A stretch of DNA of 63,349 nt, filler included, from Hausera hauseri (GCA_046269625.1; 11 parts of 11 records of this genome joined end to end with filler, not necessarily neighbours in it); one strand, 5' to 3'; positions 14,016 through 27,385 are shown, counted from the first letter of the whole stretch. The notes: generated by a model not told the origin, from the letters alone. Numbers and translations: made by a program.

Positions 14016-16678
14016 TTGTGAATATTCAAAAATTTTATGTAGGCGCAGAGAATTTTCCGTGTAATTATTTTACCTATCATGTTTTAACCGTTTCAATATT
14101 TGTAACTATGAAATTATATTCGACAATATTTTGCCATTTGACTGTATTTCCTGATATCACTAAATTGTTCCAACATTTGTAGCTATCGAGTTATGTAAGT
14201 TTTTACTACATGGTCACATTGCCCGACAACCTTTTAATCGTTTAAATATTGGTAATGATAAAAAGCAAATGGTATAGATAATTTAAAAGAAACACAATTG
14301 ATTTTTTGGAGTTTTCGGTTAGATTTTTTCCAATAAAAGTATTTCGTTGCTTGCAGTTTTATGATTATAAATTCCAATTCAATTTTATGGCTCAGTTTGA
14401 TTTTTACGATCTACGGTTTTCCATGACTTCTAAATCCCCTTTAGAAGAATTCAGTGCAATCTTAGGGGATTAAAGACCTTTTTTGGAGGTGGGTCATGAT
14501 CCCNNNNNNNNNNNNNNNNNNNNNNNNNNNNNNNNNNNNNNNNNNNNTTAATTAATTAANNNNNNNNNNNNNNNNNNNNNNNNNNNNNNNNNNNNNNNNN
14601 NNNGGAGGAATTCCTTCCTTTTCTTCAACACGTTCTTTGATCCTTTCAACCAGTAACAGGAATTATAAAAGATGTTTGTTGTTGGCTGCTATCTTCCTTC
14701 CACTAAACAGTTTCTGCCAATCTCTTGTTTTGCTAATCTTTCACAATAAGAACTAAACTTTTATTGTTGCTACCAAACCATCTTTTCTGGGCTTTTTCTC
14801 TTATTTTTTCTTCACAGCAATGTTTTCGTGCCTTTGTGGAAATGACTTGCAACCAAACATTGTGATGTGCTGTCAAGTTACCTGTCATGAACACTAATGA
14901 AATATTTTTTCACAGATGTCATGCAGATATACTGTATTATGCATGATACACCGTATTTTAATTCTGGTCTTTACGCCTGTGCTATACGGGACACTCCTAA
15001 AAAAAACAGCATTGCAATGATACATGACAAGCCGTTACATTAACTGTAAACGAGAAAAAGCGGTTTATCACAACCTGCAGAATACCTAATTAATGACGAG
15101 GCATATTGCCAGGAAAAACTGATTACACTCATAGTGTTTTTAGCCTAAATTTGAGTCACTCTGACGGCGTTTATGTGACATCACGTTGTCTATAATTTGA
15201 AAACTGGAATCTCCTTCTCACTGAGAAATTGTAATTAACAATTTACCATCGCACATCTGTTCATTTCCATAATTTCTCCGATCTACTTGTTAGCAATCAC
15301 GATGATCTCAGTGCTGTGAAAAAAATCCAGGAACTTTTTTTTTTAAAAATGTGTTTAAATAACAAATTTAATCAAAGTAGGAGCAAGTTAGCCTACTATT
15401 TTCAGCTTTGCAGTTGCCAAAGGATTCTTTGCATACAAATTTTTCACATGAGATATTTGAATTTATTGTCCAGCTCCAATATGACTACTTGTTAGATCTT
15501 CACCAACCCTGGCGCCAGCGGCTAACTTGCTTATTTATTACATATGCCTTGTTTTTGGCAACATAACAGAGAGTGACTGACTCCGCATAACCAATTTGTT
15601 ATTTAATCTCCTCTATCCTCAGGACCTCTCTCCCACAGCTCAGACCACCATACTCAACACAGCTTCCTTCTATCTTTCTCTGATCTCCAACACAGAAGGA
15701 TGGATGGATGGAATTAAGGACGGAAGAATAGTGCTTTAGATTCTTCTAACATAACTTTATCCCTTCCTTTTTCGCTATAAGTATATTACCTAAAAATAAG
15801 CAGCAGTCCTTGATATCAATGACATTCACCCCTTAATTAGCTCATAGCACTCTAAAATCACAAAAATGCACCTGCATTTTTTACCTTGGTAAAACTAATA
15901 TAGCGGGAATAGCACAGTGACAAAAAACATGCTTTGTGGGTCCATCAAAAGTGTGCCAAGCTTTTATCATGATTGTAAACACTAATTTAACTTATAAAAA
16001 TGAAGTGTAGTGTGAGTGTTGATTTAAATAATGTAGTAAAATAATGTATAAAAATAACTTTCCTTTTCACGCTCCTTCAGAAAATATGCCTCCTCTTCAC
16101 CAAGAACAAAATATACAAGAAAGTGACCATATTGTCATAAAACTTATTCAGCGCCATGAAATCGATTTCCTAAATCTACCACAGCAGTGGGAAAATTGTT
16201 TTTAAAAGTGTGTCCTTCATTTGAATTTTCCTGCAGCAATAAAACTGGTCATACATATAAATAACTTAAACACATACCAAGGGAAATCACCTGGTATTTC
16301 AAACTGCCTAGATATACAGCCCAGGTCATGCAGGCATGAAGGGGAACGAGACGGCAGACAGGCTGGCAGGAAAAGTGGTCGAAGAGGGTACACTGACAAT
16401 GGACAAGTCAGATATCATGCAGGCCTTAGAGGAAAAAATTGCGTGGAGATGAAGATAAAGAATGGGAAGAGAACAGCTATGTAAGAAGATGTTTGCGTTA
16501 AGAAGAGTGATGGAGAAAAGAGTATATGCACTGGAAAGGCAAGGAGAACTTACAACCAAAGAGTTACTGTGAACATGGCTGCTGGAGCAGGGGCAGAGCG
16601 GATATGGGAATGTCCAGAACGCAGTGATGCTAGTTTCAGTTGCACTTCCCATATTATACAGCACTTAACAGTGTATTA

Positions 16679-16945
16679 GGAGCCGCGCTAGCTAAGTCGA
16701 TAGTGGGCTTGGCTGCGGACGGCAAGGTCTCGGGTTCGATACCAGCAGTGGCCTATCGAATTTTCGGGACCGTGAACGGCTCCAGGTTCACCCAGCCTTA
16801 AATGGGTACCGGGGTTTACTCCGGGAAAAGTAAAGCGGCGAGAAAGGTGGTGGCGTCCCTACTCACAAAGCCGTACGCCTAGAAATGTGAAGGCACTATC
16901 ACTTCACACCCACACGGTCTGCAAAGGCCATGGGACTTTACTTAC
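16679..16945 (+). mobile_element. tRNA-derived SINE
   Basis: A-box TAGCTAAGTCG, B-box GGTTCGATACC, central CAGGTTCACCCAGCCTTAAATGGGTACC; body and tail shared with the copy at 61955-62193. Confidence 0.8.
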
Positions 16946-16949
16946 ATGC

Positions 16950-17905
16950 TTATGGGAGCACGTGTTGGCAGTTTTTATGTCAGCGACATTGGACATGTCA
17001 CTAAGTTTTCATATAGGTGACGTTCCACATCTCAAGTTTTCATGTTAGGATTTTCTCATGTCGGCAAGTTTTCATGTCGACATCCTTCATGTCAACAATG
17101 TTCAGGTCGACAACTTTAGTGTCGACAACGTTCATGTCAGCAACTTTTGTATGATGGTAAATTTTTATGTTGGTGTGGAATGTCAGTAAGTTTTCATAGC
17201 AGCAATGGTTCAAGTCTCAAGCTTTTCTGTTTGGGTTTTTTCACATTAACAAGTTTTCATGTCAACAACCTTTCGTGTCGACAGCAACTTTTGTGTCATC
17301 TTCAATATCAGTGACTTTGGTATGTTGGTAAATTTTTATGTCGGCGACTTTGGTATATCGACACAGAATGTCAGTAAGTTTTTACATTGACAAGTTTTCA
17401 GGTCGACATCCTTCATGTCGACAACAACTTTTGTGTTATCAATTTCCGTATCGGCGACTTTGGGTTTTTTCACATTGACAAGTTTCACATTGACAAGTTT
17501 TCATGTTGACAACCTTGATGTCGACAACTTTCAAGTCAATGGCAACTTTTGTGTTGTCAAGTTTTATGTCGGTGACTTTGGTATGTTGGTAAGTTTTTAT
17601 GTTGGCTGTGTTACACGTCTCAAATTTTCATGTTATTATTTTTCACATCAACAAGTTTTCATGTCGACAGTGGTCATGTCAGCGATTTTGTCATGCCGGT
17701 GACTTTTCATGTTGGCGATTTTCTTGTCGACAACAGTTGTAAGTTTTCATGTTAGGATTTTTTCATGTCTACAACCTTTATGTCGACAGTTTTGTTATGT
17801 TGACAACATGTATGTTCGTAATTTTATTCATGTCGATAACTTCCAGGTTGACAACTTTCATGCCAGCAAGTTTTCATGTTAGTATCTTTTCATGTCTCAA
17901 CTTTT
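16950..17905. repeat. Degenerate minisatellite (AAGTTTTCATGTCGACAAC-like units)
   Basis: Dozens of variants of aagttttcatgtc / gtcgacaac / gactttggtatg. Confidence 0.8.
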
Positions 17906-18100
17906 CCGCTGTACTTTTAAGAAGTCCCTCTCGGACGAGAAGGCATGTTTTGCACATGACACATTGCAACAGGTCCAACTGACGGTCGAAAGAACTCACG
18001 ACGTTCCCTTTTTTAAATTTCTTTTAAAACTTTTTCTTTTCTATTTCATTTTTTCTATTTCATTTCTTCCTTGACTTTTGTCACGTGAGTTTTTCCCCTT

Positions 18101-18500
18101 GCATGTCCCGACTTGCTCGCATGACGCATTCCCAAGTATGAGGAAGACGACCTAAACACCGCAGCACCCCTAATGAATCCAACCTTAAAAGAAAGTATGC
18201 CCTTTTACTGATCCGACTGACTCCCATGAACATGAAGAAGACGACCTAAACCACCTCCAGCACTCTTAAGATACCCGACCTTAACAGAAAATATGTACCT
18301 TCCGTGATCCGACTTGTCCCTAAACATGAAGAAGATGACCTAAACCGCCTGAAGTACCCTTAAGATACCCCCATCCCCCAACAGAAAATATGACCCGTGC
18401 ATGTCCCGACTTTCTCCCATAAGCATGCCCAAGTATGAGGAAGACGACCTAAACACCACCAGCACTCTTAAGAATCCCGACCGTAACAAATAATATGACT
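18101..18500 (+). repeat. Four tandem units of ~95-105 bp
   Basis: ATGARGAAGAYGACCTAAAC recurs at ~18138, 18232, 18326 and 18435 with conserved flanks. Confidence 0.85.
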
Positions 18501-18996
18501 CCTTATAAATTTATACTTTAAACTGATCGTTGCCGCGGCGGTCTGGGTCCTGCACCTCGAGCGTTTCCCTGGCGATACCACCAGGGCATCCAGACTCCCA
18601 CATCTAATAGGGGATATGGAGGTGTTGGTCGCTAACAATCCTTATACAGCAGGACACCTGATGCGCACATAACACCTCACCTCTGTCCCCATCACCCTTT
18701 ATTCTACATAAATAACTATATGACGCAATCAAAAAGAATGGTGATGATGGTGTATGCCTAACTTACTACCAAAACACGCCCCGTCACCCCTTACTACACG
18801 TAAGAAAAAGAAAATAGTCTATATAAAAATATTAAAGATATTACGTTATCAAGATGTTGACATCCTTAAAAAGAATGATGATGGTAGTGTATATCTNNNN
18901 NNNNNNNNNNNNNNNNNNNNNNNNNNNNNNNNNNNNNNNNTTAATTAATTAANNNNNNNNNNNNNNNNNNNNNNNNNNNNNNNNNNNNNNNNNNNN

Positions 18997-19270
18997 CGTC
19001 ATCGGTAAGTTGATCCATTATAACTGACTCTTGTTTAAGAATTTGACCAATTAACTGGACTAAAGGATTTCATTTAAACTTTGGTTTGGATTCTTGTCCA
19101 AATGCTCCTATGCTGCCTGGGTCTGACACCGATGCAGGCTGCAGTTCATTCCGCAATGCCGGTGGTATTGATTCTAATTTGATAAACGATTTTTCTGATC
19201 CGGTATCAATTAAGGCATAGACTTCCCAATCTTGAATAGTAACTTTTGTGAAGGGTCTTCCTTCCATGAC
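18997..19270 (-). pseudogene. Retropepsin (aspartic protease), runs off the contig end
   Basis: GRPFTKVTIQDWEVYALIDTGSEKSFI; the frame continues to ..VIMDQLTDD at the contig edge. Confidence 0.85.
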
Positions 19271-19939
19271 TGATCCATAACAACTAGACACGTCCTTTGG
19301 TCGTTTAATCGAAGAAATTTTATGTCCGTTTACCGTTATTTTTGGTGGTTAAATAATATTCTCGGTCAGTTTTTTCAGTTCTTCGTTAGGATACAAATCG
19401 TTAACTGCCTTGTTATTTGCATTGTTTCTGATTAATGGTTCTTGTACTATTGAATTTTGGAACGATTTCATTCCTTGTGTTTCCCAGACTGTTGACCTTG
19501 TTTCTGTATTCCGAGCTATCCTCGGTGAGTACATTATCCCATGGTCATCTTGTGCTCGTCTTTGATTAGTGATCTGCATTTTCTTTAAGACTCCATATTG
19601 TCTTGTTCCTTCATAAGGATCTTCATAGCTGAAGGGTTTCTGACAGAATTCCTATCTATATGACATCATGGATGTTTTGTTACAGTCCTCGTATATCGGA
19701 GCCGTTGGCGGCATGATAGGTAAGGGTGCTCTAATTACGAAATACATTCTGTCTATTTTGTCGAGGATTTGATCTCCTCCCTTAGTCTCATCATCATCTG
19801 AATTATTTCTTCGTGGCATTGGTTTCTTAGCATTGTGTTTTAATCGAAATATGGGTCTTGCTCGACGTATATGATTATAATAGCTAACATGGCGTTCAAC
19901 GTCATTTTTCCATCGATTCTCTTCATAAGCTTTAAGCAT

Positions 19940-21752
19940 TTTACCAAATGGTGTGATAATTGCAGTTAGTATTTTACATGAAAATCATGTTAACGTAAAT
20001 ATCTCGTATCCATTAATTACTGCTTGTATGGCGGCCTTAACCATCTGTATCAGAAAATATATTGCTAAAAATCCAGATGAAACTTGTCCGAAAATCAAAA
20101 ATCTTCCCCAAATTTTGTAAAGTATTTCCGTTGTTACTCTCTGATAGTGGTTTACGCCAAATAATGATTCCCATTTAGCTTGATATCGTGTATCATCTAC
20201 TACCGAGGCCATGGCTCGATTCAATTCATGTGTCCGCTGTCGCGGAAAAGCGAGAAACCGTCTGAAGGCTTCGATTTCCTTTGGTTTGTATATGCCTTTC
20301 GAGAAGGTGTCTTGGAATTTCTCGTCTGTAATTACCTTCGCGAGATTTGTTCCTGTCAAATTATTTGGAGCGGCAATGATACCTCCATTTGGTAAACTGA
20401 CCCAGTCTGTCTCACTTCGTCTAAACATGGGTTCGCCTAAGCTTGCTTTAGAATTTTTAAGGATAGTCGGTTGGGTGGCTTTATCTAGTAACACTCTTGT
20501 CAATGATGCAGGTAATCTCGGAGTATTCTGATAAATAACAGGAAGTTCCTGTTAACAACGTTTTACTTCCACGTTTATGGGTACATCTTTCTTTTCACAT
20601 TAATATGTTAGTAATACTTCGCCTGCTACCCGGCCAAAAATTCCTTTTCTCATCGAAATTATTGGTGAAGCCAGTTCTGGGTTTGCATAATTAAGAGCCA
20701 TCTTCGTCTTCATGATTTCAGTGTCTAATTTGCAGTCGTTCATTATCATTTTGTGATATAATTCCGTTATTCCGACTTGTCTTTTATAGTAGAAGAAATC
20801 ATCACTATTTTTCAGGTTATCTTCAATACGTACATATTGTGTTTCTAGTTTATAAATTTTTGCGCTTATTTCTGTTTCTTCTACGAAAAACGCTTCATAA
20901 TTCGTAGCAAACATCACTACAAACATCGAGACATCATTTCTTTTTTAATAAATTTCAATCCATGCTGATCCGAAATTAATATAGTAGGTGTAGAGTGCTC
21001 TGATACATCCTCACGAGTCCTCGAATTGGTTTCTGATTTATCCACATATCGCTTTCCTGTAGTCTCATTGAACCTTAGTTCTTTAATTTTAATAAAATTA
21101 CAACTTTTTCCAGAAGGAGGTTCCCATATTATAACCGAGCTTCTAAAAGCACAGGTTCCTTCTTGTAAATGGCATTTCTCATTTTCAGTGTATAACTTAG
21201 TAACACTATGGAACATTACTTTCTGTGACCGCATCTCTGATTTGTAGAAGTCTACGACTACCACATTCGGTTGTAATCATTTTCCGGTATCGTATTCTGC
21301 TCCATAACAATGTCCGCTATGCATATTTAATCTTCCAGCCACTACCTTGTTTGCCCTAATTATTTTTCCTGGTTGCATCTCCAACTCCATACTGTCCCAC
21401 CGTATCTTTTCAGTTTCTTTGGCTTGTTTGCAGTGCTGGCGTTCTAATTTCATCGGAATTAGTGGAGTGATTGGCTTGATTATGGAGAAATATCCATGCA
21501 CTAATCCACAGTGAAAAATACTACGAGATCGTCTCAACATACATTCCACTCCGTCCAAAGATATCAATTCTTGTTGTTGGTATAGGAAATAGTACTTTTC
21601 TTATGTTTCCAATTTGTGTGATCTGGCATCTTCACATGCTTCTAATTCCATTAGTGAATATTTTTGTCCAAGCTTGAATCTGTCACAATCGTAGACGGTA
21701 ACAGCACCTATCTGTTTTATTAACATCATTATAGTGAGTAAGCTAATTAACC
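19940..21752 (-). pseudogene. Envelope glycoprotein resembling chuvirus G / herpes gB (class III-like)
   Basis: Internal signal-like WLISLLTIMMLIKQIGA then VTVYDC; Cys pattern incl. SIFHCG, CHLQEGTC..IIW, GEVLLTY.C..C.QELPV; C-terminal TM KIWGRFLIFGQVSSGFLAIYFLIQMVK. Confidence 0.7.
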
Positions 21753-24700
21753 AATTTGATTCACTCTTTTTGTTGCTATTGTCTGTTGTCGTCAAGTTCC
21801 GGAAGGCGTCTTCAAGTCTATTCTTACCACTCCTCTTATCGTCTTCTTTGTTAAACACTTTTGGCCAGTTTACCTCACACGGGAGTTTCCTAGATGCCTT
21901 TCGCGCCAAACTCGTAGCTCGATTTAATTCATTTTCCCGATTGGGATTTGTTTTGATTGCCACGTATAATAATACTTTTCTTAGTTCTTATTTCGTATTC
22001 CCCACCATGATCTTCTCAACTACGGCGTCATCCGTTAGGCTGCTTTTCGAGAGTTTGAAACGCGAACTTCTCATTGTTCTGGCTGCGTTAAATATTGTCT
22101 TTTCTTTGTTGTCTAATGTATCTCCACGGTGACTCAAATAATTTACGATACGTATTAAGTTTTTCATCAATTCGCTTAATTCTTTATTATCTGTACTAAA
22201 AGTAGGAATCGACGTCTTTCTTAACTCTTTAATCAGTTCTCCGTCATAGTCGATTTCTTTTTGGGGCTTTCTAGGTCTACCTATTGGGCGTTTCGGTCTT
22301 GGGACATTAGGTGGAATTACGCTCAACGGTACTAGATTATTGTCGTATTGTTCCTTGTCTTCATCCGTCTGTAAATATTCGAAGTACGTTGCTGCATCCC
22401 GTACTCCCATGATTTGTCCTACACATTGTTCCGTTTTAGCCTTTCGCGTGGCATCTTTCTTTGTCTGTTCATTGGCTATTATTACTACAATCCGATTTGT
22501 TTCGTCGGGAATAATCCCAACATCTATTAACTGTTCTAAATCGTCGAGTATTCTTCTTCTAAAATAAAATCTGTAATTTAGCTCATTTGTTCCATCGTTG
22601 TTTAGTAACCATTCTCTTACAACCTTTACGTAGGAATGAGTAGTTAACTCACATTCTTTTTCTTCCATCCAGTCGGATGATATCATTACTTTCATCACTA
22701 CTTCAGGTTTGGTTCTCAGAATATTCGCATACTTCTTTATCAGGAGTTTTGGTACTGTGTTGTAAACTGTATTCTCTCTAGATAATTTAGTTAAGGTCCG
22801 AATGAGTTTTCTGAGCTTGTTTTCAGTCATATTCACGATTATTGATTCCATCAAGTCCTTCTCAGTTGATTCTGAGTCTAGGAGCATCTCTACGTTGAAT
22901 TTCCTGTTCTACGGATACCTTTCTATTTTTTCTAGGTGTACTGGAGTTACCTGATTTTCGGCCTTTATCTCTTCTAAATAATCATCCCATTCTGGTTTAT
23001 TCATAATATCTGGAAGTCCATAGTCTACTAGGGCCGTATTCGTCCTTTACACATTTTCTTGAATTTCTCTCAATTTTGGTTGTATTTCTTTCATCTGTGT
23101 AGTTCGGAATCCTATTCCGTTTTCACAGGCATATTGAATCATTTTCAATAATTTGCTTAATTTATTAGAATCGATGAATCCCTTTTGATGATAATCGGTT
23201 ATTTCGAAAATTACATCTCTTTTCCATCTTTATACAAATTCTCGCTTATTTTTGATTTCTAACTCCGCAAAAGCGTATTTGTTTCGGTAGACTTCAAACT
23301 CGTTTGTTAGTTCATCTAGTCTCGTTGCTCTTCGTTTTGTTTTAATACATGTTCCTTATACTTTCTGTATCTTGGGCATCAATTGCCTCATCTTCTCATC
23401 ACTAATCTCTACCAATTCTACCAATAGATAGGCTAACTCGTACATCTCATTTATGACTTTTGAGTAGGGGTCCATTGCATCCGACAATTTCTTTACGAAC
23501 TTGTGTTCCTGAAAGCTAAAATGTGGGTCGTCTCTTATTTTTGTCAACTTGGTATGGAAATTCTGGTCTGATCCGGTCATCCATTATTGTGGTTTATGCA
23601 AGAATTTTATTGCGCCTGTTAACGTATCTCGATGTCCGGGACAGATGTCTAAGATTTCAATGTCTTGGGCAGCGATCTTGTCAATCGGTTTTCCGTTATG
23701 TATTGGATTCCTTCTAGTCGAGCAACCTTCAACTTTGAGTTTACATCGTAAATCATGTTCCGTTTTTCCGTGAAGCNNNNNNNNNNNNNNNNNNNNNNNN
23801 NNNNNNNNNNNNNNNNNNNNTTAATTAATTAANNNNNNNNNNNNNNNNNNNNNNNNNNNNNNNNNNNNNNNNNNNNTGGATGCCGCTGCGAGCCACTGAA
23901 TGCTTCCTCTGTCCAACTGGAAAAGAAAAGCCGGGGCAAAGAAAATAAGAGTGGTTTTGGGATGAGCAAGAGAACTGGGGGAGGAGGGAGGATGTGTCGT
24001 GTTTTCAAGCTAGGTGACACATGCTGGGACTCTTCCTCTCCTCCTCGCCGCGGTGTCCTCATTACAGTTAATGCAAAGCTGGTGGCAGGGGGCTGTGCTG
24101 GGTCGACTGGTTGACTTCTTTGTTGTGACGGGGGTTCGCTCTTGGTGCTTCCTTGCGCTGTTGGCAGTTAGGTAGGCACGCTCAGCTGAATCTTCCTTGC
24201 TGGGTTTCGGTAACCTCTTTGGATTGCGGGCTGGTTATGGGACTGGGGGTTGGGTCTTGGGGGTCTGGGCAGCTCTGGGGCAGGTGGACTGTTGGTCCCA
24301 GTTTCTGGTGGTCCTCTGGGCTCTGTCCCTTCATGGTCTGGGGCTTCCCTGGCCTGACAGTCTGTTTGGAGGAAGATGTATTGGGGCCTCACTACCTGGG
24401 TGTTGTCTTGTGTATACTTGGTGTATATCTCCCATATCTTCTAATCTTTCTTTTAATGTTTTCCATTATACTCCTTTTTCTTCTTTGTTTCTCTTCTTTT
24501 CTATATTTATATCTGTTTTATATTAAAAAAGCAAACAGGGATAATGGATGTGGTGCAGTGGGGGCAGTCACGCTCGGTCCCCCACCCATATCATTCATTG
24601 GCAGTGCATTAAGGCTTGGACCACTTCTCAATAATGAAAAGACAGCTTTCTGATCAGAGTTATTACAGTTCTGAGGTGATACATAAGTTTTGTGTGAATT

Positions 24701-24799
24701 ATAAACATTGTTCCACATGTTAGATGATAAGATACTGATGTATGAATATCTATCACAATTACCTTGTAATGATATGGACTCGGGCAATCGTTCTAGGGG

Positions 24800-26735
24800 T
24801 TTTTACGTCAACTGAACGGATTTCACTAATTCCTGAACAGCTTTGGCAATTTGTTTTTTATGGTCCATCTAAGTTACGAAAGATGCGGTTTCCGAAAAAG
24901 TTGATAATATCGTAGCAGGTGTGTCGAATAATTTTGAAATTGACGAACCGAGAGGGAAATTTATTGACGGATAAAATGGTAAATTGAATATTGTGCCAAA
25001 TATTAATTTACTAACAGAATTTTCAGCCCCAGTATGCTGATCGATGAACGACATGTGCAACGGATGCTGCAGTGACAGCCAAGCCGAATGAAGATTCTGG
25101 TTGAAATCCCAACACCATTTGTTGAATATCGGATCGGATTCGCAATTGTAGATCTTTTTTCTTGACGTAATGGCCACCAACTGTTTGGAATCGGAACTGT
25201 ACGCCAGTGCTGAAAAGTGTTCGTTGCCGAATGATTTCCGTACGACAGTTCCCTTCTGCATGGTGTACGTATATATCGTTCCATCCATTGTGCAGAATAC
25301 AAATTGATTGCAATTCGGCGAGACAGAAATTTTGTTGACATTGTGCAGAGAAACCGTACCGATTTTTGGTTTTCGAATGATCGTTGAACTTCCATTTGGA
25401 AATTCATATAGCAAAATTCCGGATGAATTTTCTTCGATTTGCTCAGAATACAGTTTGTACGACGCTGCTAGAACGAGATAAGACGGCGATTCCCGACTGA
25501 AGAATTTCATCAAATATGCTGCGGGTAACTTCAATGATGGACCCGTGCCGAGTATGACATGGTCAGACAATTCTGAGGGACTGTTGGAATAAAATCAACG
25601 AACGGACAATTTAAGAGAGACTTCGGAAAGATTAAAATCCAATTTCAGAACGTGTGTTTCACTAACTGTCGAATAAGCAAAATAAACCAAATCATCTGAA
25701 ACCGCCCATGATTGAATATGTTCGTTTTGTCGAGTAGCAATCGAACATAAATGTTGTTTGTACGGCTATTGTCGTTGTTCATCGGTGACAAATGCCAATT
25801 CATAAATATCTACTTTCAGTCCATTTTGGCAAAATAAAATATAACTTCTACTCAATTTACAGTAATGCACTTCGTTTGGGACTTCCGAATCGAGTTTGAA
25901 AGATCGATTAAGAAACGGGAATTTTTCATACAAATAAAATCCATTCAAATCGCCTTTATCACCAGCCGAAAGCAAATAGTTATCCATTGCAACCAATGCG
26001 CGCATATCACCATCCATATTAAGTGACTTTGGATTTCGTCCATTTATTCCCATTCTTTTTCGACTGAATAATCACCAGCTCGACACCGGCAGCAAATACA
26101 CATTTCGGGGTGGCATATACTGCTAAAATGTCGGCAGTATGAGTTTCAATTCTTTCAATAACACCGATTGTGTCAATATTCCAAAACGTAACGCAACCTT
26201 TACTGTCTCCACTGACTAACGTATTACCATAGAAATTCATTGTCCAAATTATTGTATTGGATTTAAGACTTTCGGCTGGCAATTCAAAACATTTTGCTGA
26301 TCCATTTAAAATATCCACTTTGTACAATAGCCCCTCCGAACCAGCGAATACGTTATTTCGACATCGTTTATTGTATTTTAAAGAAAACGCTGTTTTTTCA
26401 AGAGCATGAATACATTTTGCGAAATTCAACTCCGTAACGTAATTGTAAATGTTTAAATAGCCTTTTTCACATCCAACAACAATTGTATTTTCACACTGGA
26501 CAGTGGAACGAGCTATAACATTAGATAGCATATATGTCATGTTGATCTCAAAATTTTTCGATGCGGTAATACCGAATAATTTCAATTCATTGTTAATTTT
26601 TATAAATTTAACACTCTATGGAATTATATTTCGTACGATAATTCGTCGCAGATATAAAAAATTGTCATTATAAATTTCAACGGTTCCATTTTCTTTACCT
26701 ATAACAATCAATCGTTGCATCAGCGAGAGAATTTC
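24800..26735 (-). pseudogene. UTP4: UTP4/cirhin-like WD40 protein, disrupted
   Basis: IGKENGTVEIYN; IIWTM..TLVSGDSKGCVTFWN..HTADILAV..VFAAGV; DMRAL; WAVSDDLVYFAYST; several stops and frameshifts. Confidence 0.75.
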
Positions 26736-26754
26736 CATCAGATATGGCAGATTA

Positions 26755-27385
26755 TTTCCGATGTTTTTTTGACTTCAATTTGTCAAACAGCGACTTTAGT
26801 TCTTCGGCCGCTTCTAGTTTTAAATCGTTGTCAATATTGCGAATAACGGAATCCGGAATGAAACCGAATTATAAATTATTTCCGGCATTCGATAGAGAAT
26901 TCAACGAGAAACGTTTCGGTGGAAAATAGACTGTCATTTTCTGAGATACCATTCGGTGTTGACAATTGCGACAAGGAGTCGATTAACGACGCATACCTGC
27001 TGTACGACTGCAGAACATCCGATGGGAATTGTTTAATGTATTTGTTAAATCGCTCATCTCCGACTAATTTTTTGATGGATTTCAGAATATCGGTAACGAT
27101 ATTGACAATACGCGGATTGTCGTCCAGATTCATTTGTTTAACGATACCCAACATCAGGCGGTAGAAATCATGAGAGACAAAATTCAGTGTCAATAACAAT
27201 TGAAATGCAATGCAATTATCCCGACTTTGATTGAAATCAACATTTTTCTCTAGTCTTTTATCAATGAAACTGCTCAACAGTCCATCCAAATCGTCGGTTC
27301 GTTTGAGATATTTATGAAAACATTGAATAGCGGATTTTTTACCATTGCCTTTTTGTCCATAAGCAGCGAAAAATCCAGATAAGAC
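26755..27385 (-). pseudogene. TOGARAM1/Crescerin-like TOG-domain fragment
   Basis: HEAT-like helices (KYLKRTDDLDGLLSSFIDKRLE...LVGDERFNKYI), then in another frame NL*FGFIPDSVIRNIDNDLKLEAAEELK, resembling the start of TOG2. Confidence 0.55.

Larger units (their letters stand above)
18997..23775 (-). mobile_element. Decayed retroelement polyprotein: unknown N-terminal region, viral-type glycoprotein, aspartic protease
   Basis: All long minus-strand ORFs here join into one frame, with 14 point stops and one frameshift near 20920. Confidence 0.8.

Noticed and set aside
16679-16750. Functional tRNA gene
   Set aside because: The head continues into a SINE body shared with another copy; no convincing cloverleaf
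16950-18500. CRISPR-like array
   Set aside because: Units are degenerate along their whole length, with no unique spacers and no cas genes
23877-24787. Overlapping ORFs of 74-166 aa
   Set aside because: Low-complexity, vertebrate repeat-like sequence with no domain evidence
18997-26735. Stop-codon reassignment to explain the many in-frame stops
   Set aside because: TAA, TAG and TGA all occur, alongside frameshifts, and the 9-kb lipoprotein frame has none; ordinary decay explains it
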